NCBI GenBank assembly: GCA_951406725.2
Contig: OX597815.1
Coordinates: 46,748,001 to 46,812,000, forward strand
Source of the DNA: Octopus vulgaris
Taxonomy: Eukaryota
Length of the DNA: 64,000 nt
Reading direction: 5' to 3'
Positions 52,796 through 64,000 of this stretch are shown here, in pieces (positions within the stretch are counted from its first letter, which is position 1; every line of letters begins with the position of its first letter). Position numbers and translations under genes: made by a program. A model generated the notes under the pieces. The model had not been told where the DNA came from. It did not search any database and was given only the letters and a program-made list of their open reading frames with translations.

Positions 52796-54330
52796 AATCC
52801 CCAAAACGGAACAAGAACATAACGGTCAACAATAAAAACATACAGAGAGATGGACGATAGAAAGACGGACAGAAAAATCAGGACGGAACATTCATGGCTT
52901 TCTATTCATCAGTCAAGCTTCCAGTTATCACTACAATTTCGGCCTATTACACTTGAGACTGCTCAAAATTGGTAGGCCTCAAAAATCTAAGCTAAGGGCA
53001 TTAAATTTTGGGATGCAAGCGGGCGAATATGTGCGACAACACAGACAAAAAAAACGAGAAGGAGAAAATGTTACACGATTACAAATACAAACAACAAGAA
53101 TAACAACAGGTGTCTTTCGACTAAAAGGAGAAGTTAAGTTAAGCTCGCGTGTGACGTGGAAGCCTTATGGCAAGAAACATAGATGAAAGTCAAGAGACAG
53201 GAAACTAAGGTGTTGTGCGAGCGGTGGTCAAGCCAAGAAAGATCATGCTTGGCCGAGCACCGGTCACGTGGGAGGAACAGAGAGAGATTTAAAAATGGAA
53301 CAATAATGCAACAGATAACAATAAAACACCCGGACAGATAGACAATACAAAGATGGTCAGGAAAAACAACAAAAAGACGTACTGCAAAAAACAAGGACGG
53401 GTTATTTGCAGTCTTCTGTTATCAGTCAAGTTTTCAAATCATTCTTACAATTTCGGCCGTTTATACTTGAGACTGTTCAAATCTGGCTAGCCTCAAAAAT
53501 CTAAGCTAAGAACATTAAGTTTTGGGGGAGAAAACAAGTGAATGTGTACAACAAAGACAAAAAACAAAAATAAACAACAAAAACAAAAGAAAACGGAGAA
53601 ACGGAGAAAATATTACACAATTACAAATACTAGCAACAAGAAAATAACAACAGGCGTTCTTCGACTAATAAAGACGAATCAAGTTGAATTGGTGCGTGTT
53701 GAGTGAAAGCCTTGAGGCAGAAATATAGGGTATGAACATAAGAGATGAAAGTCATGAAACAGGAATATAAGAGATGCTTCGCAGCTGGCAGTTGAGCCAA
53801 GAAAGAAAGATCATGCTTGGCTGAACACCGGTCACGTAGAAGGAAAGGAGAGAGGTAGAGGTAGCGGGATAGAAGAATAGGGAAAGAACGAGAAAAAGAG
53901 AAAATCAAAGAGACATAGTGAAAGGTAAAAGTAGAGGAGGGAAAGTAGGAAGATTAAAGAAAAAGAAGGCCAAGAAATGTGAGAGAAGGGGTGCGAGAAA
54001 AAGAAAAACGGAAAGAATGATTAAAGTATGAAGAGGACTAAACGAAAAAGTAAAAAAGTTGTACAGAATTTTGATACATACTTACAAGGTGAGAAAAAGT
54101 GTACGTACGCCGCTACATGTATATATAAATCCCAAAAATGGAGCAGGAACGTAACAGATGTCAATAAACCATTTGGACAGATAGTCAATACAAAGACGGA
54201 CAGGAAAAACATGATCGGGTCATTCGCAGTCTTCTCTCATCAGTCAAGTTTCTAAATTATCCTTACAGTTTCGGTCGGTTACACCTGAGACTGTTCCAAT
54301 CTAGCTGTCCCCCAAGATCTAAGAGCATTA
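52795..54330 (-). repeat. Diverged tandem array of a ~550-bp unit (family F; a short copy also at ~43200-43330)
   Basis: AGATCATGCTTGGC..CACCGGTCACGT occurs at ~53240 and ~53808. ATCAGTCAAG..ACA.TTTCGG..TGAGACTG occurs three times. Confidence 0.75.
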
Positions 54331-55016
54331 AATTTTAACCGGTTTGGGTATGTTCACGTCCTGTAACTTAGTGGTTCGACCAAAAGTACTAATATACAAA
54401 AAAGAAAAAGAGAAAAGAACAATGAAGTCGATTCGTTCGGCTAAAATTGTTCAGGGCAGTGCCGCATCATGACTGAAGCAAGTAAAAGATACACACACAC
54501 ACACACACACACACGCACGCACACACACACACACACACATACACATATATATACGTGTGTGTGTGTATGCACGCCTATATATATATATATATATATGTAA
54601 GTATATATGTATACTTACATGTGTTTAACATCGTGCTTGTGTTTAAGAGTATATATGTACACACAAGAGACGTATGAAGTAATTTAATTAGAAAATGCTT
54701 ATATTTCTAAAACTTTAAGATTAATTAGTCGGATCGTGATGATGATACCGATGGTGTTAGTGGTGATAGTAATGGTGATAATATTGATGGTGATAATGAT
54801 GGTCTTGTTAATGGCAACGGCATTGGTGTTACATTAATGATGATGATGATGATGATGATGTTGATGATGATGATGTGGAGGAAGAGGTGGATGCTGTTCA
54901 TGACGGTGACGATGATAATGCTGTTCCTATTGCTTAGTTGTGTAGCAGCGGACTTATGATCAACGGAATCCCATCCATGACAACCTCAACATTATTATGG
55001 TAGCTTGGATCATATT

Positions 55017-55159
55017 ATAGATATTTTCGATCTAGTTAGGATTCTTTGCCATCAAATTTGAATTCTTTGCAATCAAATTTGAATTCTCTGCAATCAAATT
55101 TGATTGCAAAGAATTCAAATTTGATGGCAAAGAATCCTAACTAGATCGAAAACATCTAT
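55017..55159. repeat. Spacer-less palindrome built from 21-bp units
   Basis: Centre AAATTT at 55096-55101, with arms extending to ATAGAT/ATCTAT. Confidence 0.92.
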
Positions 55160-55397
55160 ATCTATTGTGAGGTTATCAAATAAGTTCGGCTTCGGGGGTT
55201 GCATTGAAGCATAAACTATCTTTCGCTGGCCAGATAAGTAAAACTGTTTCTAAAAACAATCTACATAATCTAGACCGAAATAAAAGAATAACGAAATCAA
55301 CATACATTATATAAACTTTATTAACTACAGAGAAAACAAAAAACATGAGGTTTACCAGAGTTTCTATGGAGATATGCGTGGGAAAACTCATTTAGAT

Positions 55398-55463
<66 letters not shown>

Positions 55464-56359
55464 TCTGTGAAGCAAGAATCGATGCGGAAAGAACTGAAAT
55501 AGGAATTGTCCAAATGAATGAATATAGTTCTCGAGAAGACCAATGCATCCGTTCTTTCAGATGCAGAATCTTTCGATATCAATATGTCTGCTAAGTTCCC
55601 CGTCATCAATTAATGGGTTTTTTTAATAAAAAATTTTTTAACTATAAATGGTAAGATAGTATGGAAATATTTTCTCGGTGAACACGCGGTGAACTTTCCT
55701 CACCGTGACTTAATGGCAGTGAACTCCCTTACGATGAACTAATGGCGGTGAAGTTACCTGTAATCTCATATAATCTATATCCATAGAATCCAAATATCTA
55801 GTTGGCTTGACAAGTATAGGCGAAGTGAAGGTGAAATAGGTAGATCTTTTAAATATGGATTTATAAAGTTCTGGTCTTTGGTTGAGATAGGAAAATATTC
55901 CCTGAGGGAATTTGACTAATCAGAACTGTTGTTAATCACGGTCCTTACTAGGCTCTGACTCTGAATGAATGATAGCCATATTACTTTCAACAGCTTATGT
56001 ATTTAAATATCTTCGGACGCGAGAAAGTCTTCTCATGCCAGAGGGCATTTAAATACATATTCGGTGGAATTAATTCAAGGAGAAGCGACTCAGATGCGTA
56101 CGTTCTACAATCTAGTGATGTCATACACGACCCATCTGGTGTTTTTTACACATGTCGGAAAGCGAGAATTTTCTCCTAAGACTAACTCTGCCGCAGAAGG
56201 TCTTCTCACGTCCGGGTGCACTCAAACGCGCTGAACGTGGCTTTACATGTATATACTTCATTCGACAATACTTTGTGCGACATTATATACATACATACAT
56301 ATATATATATATATTTGTGTGTGTGTGTATGTGTGTGTGTGTGTGTGTGTATTCTGTTA

Positions 56360-56721
56360 TTCTTTTACTTGTTTCAGTCATTTGATTGCAGCCATGCTGG
56401 AGCACCATCTTTAATCGAACAAATCGACGCCTAGTACTTATTCTATCGTTCTCTTTTGACGAACCGCTAAGTTACGGTGACGTAAACACAATAGCATCTG
56501 TTGTCAAGTGATGGTGGAGGGACAAACACAGACACACAAATAACAAACACACACGTACATATATAAACATATATACGACTGGCTTCTTTCAGTTTCCGTC
56601 TACCAAATGTACTCACAAGGCTTTGGTCGGACCGAGGCTATAGTTGAAGACACTTGCCCAAGGTGCCACGCCGTGGGACTGAACTATGTGGTTGGGAAGC
56701 AAGCTTCTTACCACTCAGCCA

Positions 56722-56722
<1 letters not shown>
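56360..56722 (-). mobile_element. SINE family A
   Basis: Tail-to-head match with small deletions. Confidence 0.85.
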
Positions 56723-56820
<98 letters not shown>

Positions 56821-57580
56821 AGTTCAAACTTACAGAAAACAAAAGACGAAGGCAGATGAAGGAACAAGCCGGTGTATTAGTTTAACACTCGGGAAGAATG
56901 GAAAAGTATTTGACATTCCGAGCCGATGCTCTTCAACAGAAAGGACTGAGAGGGAAATGAGCTGAGAGCCGGACTAAGTATTGCCACAGACTAGATCTGC
57001 CTAATCGTTTAATTGAATGTGTTCTTCCTTTCATTAAGACGGTCCGGATGTAATTCGAAGGAGATTTAGCTGTTATTTATTGCAAATCGAACGAACATAT
57101 GAAAGCCCAATTTTTGGCTGGTGGTAACTGTGTAAATTTTAATTATGATAATGATGATGGTCGATTCAGATGTCGATCTTGATAATGATGATAATGCTAA
57201 TAATGACAGTGATGTTAATAGTGATGTGTGATTGGTTGTGTATTTGGTGTGAGTGTGTGGTGGTAAGAATGGATTCATCCGTCGTTTGCTACTTGTAAGC
57301 AGCAATCATAGTAAGATAACTACGGAGATAATTAGTGACATCTGATGGTAGTAGAATTTGAAGGAGAATCGGTGGCATTTGCGTATATTTCAGTAGTAAG
57401 TTGTTAAATATTTGCCATTATATTATCTGTTGCTGGTTGTCCTTTTGACAGCTGAAATGCCCTTCGTTACGTGCCCACTCATATCTTCCACTCCAAACGC
57501 TTATAAAGAGAAAACTAAGCAAAGTAGAAAACGCAGACACACACACATCTGTATAGACAGCAGTCTAATGCATACGGAAT

Positions 57581-57665
<85 letters not shown>

Positions 57666-57791
57666 CTACGTAAGTGTGTGTGTGTAGAAATATAAATTTA
57701 AATGATGTATTCAAGAGTATGATATGCTGTTGCGCGTCCACAGTTCAAGTATTGTGACAACTAAATCAGTATATTCATATATATATGTATA

Positions 57792-57848
<57 letters not shown>

Positions 57849-58028
57849 TTATACATATATATATACATACATATATATATATATATGCATACACACACAT
57901 ATAAATATATATATACATATATCTATATGTGTCTACGTATATACATAGACGCGATTTATCTGTTACACACACAATTTCACAATGTCACAATCTCGTTTTA
58001 ATGTATTACATCTCTTTATGCATGTATG

Positions 58029-58062
<34 letters not shown>

Positions 58063-58569
58063 TGTATGTATGTATGTATGTATGTATGTATGTATGTATC
58101 TATCTATCTATCTATCTATCTATTTATATGTGTGTCTGTGTGTCTGAGAGTGTGTGTGTGAGTGTTTGTGTATATTTAGAACGAGAGAGAGAGAGAGAAA
58201 GACATACACGCGCGCGCGCACACACACACTTATACATAAATGTTCTAAAACAACGCTTTCTAAATTAGTATAACATCTATGGTCAGATTAAGGCCTTAAA
58301 AAGAGTTCCGAAAAATGGTAGCTCTCCAACCGGTGGCTGCTTATCCAACAAGACATAAGAAGAACTGAACATGGAATAACTGGCTGAAAATTCAATTTTA
58401 TTCCCACAAAAGGCCACGTCTACATTAAATATAGATGTTTGTTGCATAATCTTTTTTATTGAACATCAAAAACTAATAAGCATTATACGCAAACTGTATG
58501 CTTATGACAAGAATGTGAAGAAGGAAGAATGCGAATTTTCAACACATCTTTATTTTTATTTTATCTTCT

Positions 58570-58724
58570 TTCGCATGATTCGGTCATTGGACTGCAGCCA
58601 TGCTGGACCTTGGAGGGATTTTATTCTATCGGTGTCTCTTGCCTAACAGCTATGATACAGGAACATAAACAAACCAACACCGGTTGTCAAGCGTTGGTTG
58701 GGGATAAACTAATTCACACACACA

Positions 58725-58795
<71 letters not shown>

Positions 58796-58960
58796 ATATG
58801 TATTCGGTGAGCTTCCTAGTACAGTTTCCGCCTATCAAATTCAGTCATAAGGCATTAGTTGACCGAAGATTTAGTAGAATACACTTACCCAAGGTGTCGC
58901 GTAGTGGGACTGAACCCGAAGGCACATGGTTGCAAAGCCAGCTCCTTAACCACACAGCTG
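58570..58960 (-). mobile_element. Diverged SINE family A
   Basis: Recognisable tail, body and head. Confidence 0.7.
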
Positions 58961-59050
58961 TGATTGCACCTACTATATTCATTATATTTATTATATTCAT
59001 TAAAAGTTTATAATTTACCACTCATACAACCGCATGTAAACCTGCCACAG

Positions 59051-59095
<45 letters not shown>

Positions 59096-59559
59096 TACAT
59101 ACACATATATCTATGTGCGCGCGCGGTGTGTGTGTGCATGTGTGCGTGCGTGTGTGTGTGTGTGTGTACGTGCATGTGTGTGTGTGTGTTTGTTTATAAG
59201 TTCAGTTATAGTAAAAATGACATGGCGTTAATCTGGTGGGTTACCCTATAATTTAGTCGAGTACAAATTTATTGTTCCCAAACAAGAATGTTGTTGACAA
59301 TGACTTCGAAGTTACAGCCACTTAAGCCATCGTGTACTCTGAGGTATTACATTTTTCTTGATTTCTATGCTCGTACTTATATTGCATAATGGTCAATTCC
59401 AGCTTCTTTGCATCGATCTTAATAGTAATTCTTTTTTCTACCACAAGAACGATGAAGGGTAAAGTAAACTGGACAAAAATCAATTCTGTCTGAGTCTCTA
59501 TTGCGTCTCATATCCGCACCTATGGAAGCACAGTGGTGAGTCCGAAAACCCATAGGGTT

Positions 59560-59878
59560 GTCTATCCGGTTTCCATGCTGTCTCAACGTTCCCCCTGAAC
59601 AAAACCGAAGTCCGTCGTAGGGTTGCTGATCTGCAGCTGACAGGACTGGAGAAACGTGAAAGGAAGTGATTTCCTCAAAAACACAACGCACGCTCGGGAA
59701 TCGAAACCAAAATCTTGCGATCGTGAGTGCAACATTCTAACCACTAGGCCATGTGCCTTCACCACTATAGTTCTGTCCATCCCGGGAATTGAAACTAAGA
59801 TCTTGCGGTTGTGAGTGTAGCATTCTAACCACTAAGCCATGCACCTTCACCTCTATATAATGTAGTTCTCCTGTCCAT
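59560..59878 (-). mobile_element. tRNA-derived SINE with duplicated head
   Basis: The ~88-bp A/B-box head is present twice (59695-59780 and 59783-59878). Confidence 0.7.
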
Positions 59879-60070
59879 TTGTCTTATACTTTGGCTTATA
59901 TTTTCCCCTATCCTTCCGACAGATACATACAGTGAAATATTTCTCTTATCTGCTCAATATATACATAAAATTACATATTTCACCTATGCATCCAACGCAT
60001 ATATGCAGTGATTTATTTCTCCTATCCCCACCTATATACAATTACATATTTCTCTTATCCGGCAGCCATA

Positions 60071-61346
60071 TGCCAGGCCATCCCATAAATAATGTCCGAA
60101 ATATCATATATGTAATTTCTATCAAATTTTATAGCACTCTAAAATGTCAACTGGTATTGATGCTACTCATATCAATTTGGGAACCTTTAACTTAATATAA
60201 TTTCTTCTTACAGAAGAATATGATTAAATTAATTACCAATATTAACCCCGCAAACATGTACATATCGACGGAGCATTTAAGGTACATAATACTTTATGAG
60301 TTCAAAAAGGGAAACAGTGCAATAAAAGCAAACCGAAATATCCATTCTGTTGATAGAGAAGAGTACTTGAACGAAAGAAGTTGCAGTAGATAGTTTGCAA
60401 AGTTCAAAAATGGTGATTCAATCTAAGAGAGTGACAATGAATAGGATATCCTTTTGAATTTGATGATGAGCTTCTTTTGTTAGAACTTGAGTAGGATAAT
60501 GCTGTGTCAGATGAGGAATTGGCAAGCAAGCTTAATTCAAGCCATTCAACTGTTCACCACCATTCTTCAACAGCTTGGAAAGATACCCACACTCGGAAAA
60601 TGGGTTCCCCAAAATTTCACAGAAGCCAACCAAAAATCACGAGTGGACATCCGCTTATCTCTTCACTCTCGTGAAAGTATTTCACCATATTTGGACAGAA
60701 TAATGACTGGTGATGAAAAATGGATTTTTTATGAAAATGTTAATCGATGCAGCAATGATTTAATAGTGGAGAACAAATTACAACCCAAAAAGACCTCCAT
60801 GCAAAAATGGTTATTCTTTCTGTTTACTGGGATTGCACTGGAGTCATCCACTTTGAGCTGTTATCAACGAATGCAACAATTACTCTTCACACTTATTGCC
60901 AACAATTAGAGCGTTTGGATGCTGCTTTGAAGAAAATAAGCCTGCTTCAGCGAATCGTAAGGAAGTGGTATTTCATCATGATAATGCAAGGCCCCACATT
61001 GCAAAGATTACATCAGAAAAAAAAATCGAGCAACATGGCTGGGAAAAATTCCCTCACCTGGCTTATTCCCCGGACCTCGCTCTTGATTAACATTTGTTTC
61101 GAAGCTTACAGAATCATTTAGATGGATTAGTACTGAAAAGCCTCAGAGAGGTCGAAAGTAACCTCTCTTTCTTCTCATCAAAGTCAAAAGAGCCTTCACC
61201 AAAGGAATTATAACACTGCTGAGAAGATGGAAGGAAGTCATCGATAATGATGGTACTTATAAAAGGATGATTAAATTTTGATAAAATGTTACATCACTTT
61301 TTTTCGTTACCCTAATTTCGGCCATTACTTATGGGATGACCTAATA
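60071..61346 (+). mobile_element. Full-length decayed mariner transposon, ~1.28 kb
   Basis: Imperfect ~32-bp TIRs at 60071-60102 and 61315-61346 (AGG.CATCCCATAA.TAATG.CCGAAAT). Motifs GKWVP, TGDEKW, HDNARPH and YSPDLA are present, with frameshifts and stops. Confidence 0.95.
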
Positions 61347-61495
61347 TATATACAATTGAATATAAGTTGCCTGAACCTTGGAAATTCTTCATTTGGTGAA
61401 TGTATTTAAAGATTTGAAAAATGTATGACGTCAAAATTTGTAAGAGGAAACCGATGGCGAATAAGAAACGTGGGTGGAGACGGATCGTCTATGAT

Positions 61496-61810
61496 GGGCG
61501 TGGCTTAGTGGCTAGTGTATTCAGCTTGTGATTTTCGTGAGTTCGATTTCCAGCGGCGCGTTGTGTCGTTGAGCAAGATGCTTTATTTCACGTTGCTCCA
61601 GTCCACTCAGCGGGCAAAAATGAGTTGCACCTGTAATTCAAAGGGCCAGTCTTGTCTCATTCTGTGTCACACAGAATCTTCCCGAGAACTACGTTAAGGG
61701 TACGCGTGTCTGTGGAGTGCTTAGCCTCATGTACGTTAATTTCGCAAGCAAGCTCTTACGTTGATCGGATCAACCAGGGCTCGCGTTATTGTATTCGACG
61801 GAGTATCATG
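61496..61810 (+). mobile_element. SINE family D, uninterrupted copy
   Basis: GGCGTGGCTTAGTGG..GAGTTCGATTTCC head. The body is shared with the 34305 and 41138 copies. Confidence 0.8.
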
Positions 61811-62929
61811 TATTGTGATAGGCGTAACGCTTCGACACAACATAAACCGAACATCTCAACGATAAACGTGAACGTAGAAACCGACTCGATGTGACCAACA
61901 CAGAACCACTTCTATCGCGAAGTAACAAATGCCTAGACTGCGACTGGACTTACGGATCATTAGTTCTATAAAAATCCACAAAAGTTAAAATCGGCGGAGA
62001 ACCATCGTCGGTCTCTCGGGATTGCTGAATTTGATGCCACGAACAAGTACAGTTTATGCTATGTTTTTACACATTTCCCATATTCTCAAGGTAACCCACA
62101 ACACTAAAGTCAGCTTGAAGCTACGGATAAAAGACACCGAATGGGTTGGGTCACGCAATGGGATCGAACCTGGTAGCACTTGATTTGTTGAAGCTAACTT
62201 GTTAGCGTATGGTATTCAGTAAGAAGTTGTTCTCAGCATTTCATTTCTGTCGGCTTATTCATCATAGTTTCTCATTAGACACAAACTGTAACTGTATCAT
62301 CTTCATAGCAATATCAATAGCAGTCTAAGACTTATGTGAAATAAAGTCTGGAGTGCAAGGCTTGGAAAATAACTGTGTTACTGTCCTAGTTAGATAAACA
62401 GAGGGAAAGGTTTGGATGCTTAGCCTTATATATTAATTATTAAGATCAAACCCAGAATTGGGAAAATATGAGTGAAGCATTGAATCAAATCGCTGTTAAC
62501 GGATAACTAGCTGAGAAAATACAAGATCTGATTGCAATGAATAATATAATTTAGCTTAAAAATTAGCTTGGTGAGCTCAACAATATCGAATGATGCGTTA
62601 AAGTCAAGAACGTTCTGAAATAGTTACCATATATATACTTGAAACCATGAAATTGTAGAGAGCTCCTAATTATTCTGCCAATTAAAATATCTGTAGGATT
62701 TCTTGCGAATGCGATCTCTTTTTTCCAGACCCACAGAGAAACGTGACCTCTAGAAGCTAACGAAACACTTTTTAATTACCTGCTTTGAATTTCTGACAGC
62801 GCACGCGCTTATGTGTAATTATGTACTCGTGTAGGCGTGTTTGTAAGTGAGAATTTATGTGTTTCGTGCGCGCGCGCGCGTGTTTGCCCGTGTATCGGTG
62901 TGTGTGTAACTATATGAATAATGAACGTA

Positions 62930-63115
62930 GGCTTCAAATTTTGGCACAAGGCCAATAATTTTGGTGGCGGGGTTAATTCGATTGCATCGACTTCCAATGC
63001 TGAAGACAGGCAAAGTCGACTTCGAGCAAATTTGAACTCAGAACACAAAGAGGGACGAAATATCGCTAAGCATTTCACCTGGCGTGCTAACGATTTTGCC
63101 AGCTCACGTCTTCCT
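62930..63115 (-). mobile_element. Diverged SINE family B
   Basis: GGCAAAGTCGAC..AATTTGAACTCAGAAC..GGCGTGCTAACGATT.TGCCAGCTC. Confidence 0.75.
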
Positions 63116-64000
63116 CAAAAAATTAAAATATTAAGAATGTAGGAAGGACACAGACGACATAATCTTCATTAAAATTTTTTTTTAAGGGAGCCGCATTAAT
63201 AAAATATTTTATCGTCCCCATGTGATGAAGAGCCATGTTTCATGCGGCCCTCTTCCCAAAGAAGTTGCCCATGCCTGATCTACTTAGTCACTGAATTTGT
63301 TAGAAATAGCTCACGAAATTTCTTAAATCAAAATATTAATATAGGAAGGACACATTAGACAATATAGGCTTCATTTAAAAAAAATCTTTTTACAGACTAA
63401 TCAGATTCGTTAGGGTAACAGCTATGTCATCATTTTATAGGGCTGCCAAGAATGGTGAGATGAAGGGAGGATGTTGACCCTTAAATTGTAGACCTTATCC
63501 CAATATTTACGATCTGTATAAAATCTATATAAAAGGAACCTAAGGATCAAACGGCGATGTTAAACTGGACGACAGGTTAAGTTTACCACTCACAAAATTC
63601 AGAAATACAAAGGTAGGTAGGAAACCTTGAATATCACTGCCCCGAGCCCTAGGACAAAGAGTCGGTTGAGAATAGAAACAGATTTTAAAGATTTCGGGTT
63701 ATATATGTAGAAGTTATTAAGTGTAATTTAGTGGTGTTGTTGTTGTAAGATGTGTGGCTTGGCATTGGCTGGTATTGCTTGTACGAATTGTGCGTCTTGT
63801 ACCAAGTAAATGGGTGAAGTTACAGTCACTGCGTATGCATAGTCTATTGCGTTGAGAATAACGTCATATTTTGGGGTTTCGTGTGTTCATAATTTTATTT
63901 TATCTCCTCTTGGCAGATTTATCATGGAACTGTCGGTATACATTCTGATTGAGGTGGGCAGTAACTGGAAGATAGGAGTGATTCTTCCCTAATTGCAGTA

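Overview
Eukaryotic, AT-rich, repeat-dominated DNA with no confidently identifiable host gene. It is most likely a coleoid cephalopod such as Octopus; this is inferred from the tRNA/CORE-type SINEs and the extreme microsatellite density. Most ORFs in the track are microsatellite artefacts. Real coding remnants come from Penelope-like (PLE) GIY-YIG elements, two R4/Dong-type LINEs, RTE and CR1-type LINEs, a decayed full-length mariner and a hAT/Buster remnant. Also present are a hAT non-autonomous element, three non-autonomous Helitrons and dozens of SINEs, often nested and with clear target-site duplications (TSDs). The most notable signal, found by hand, is a set of type I hammerhead ribozyme motifs: 5 well formed and several degenerate. 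They sit in direct-repeat or fold-back elements, mostly beside (TA)n tracts. These include an RT-less GIY-YIG ORF started from an inverted terminal repeat, a retrozyme-like 200-bp direct-repeat pair, and a head-to-head tRNA-derived palindrome followed by a hammerhead. All folds and alignments were done by eye and coordinates are approximate.
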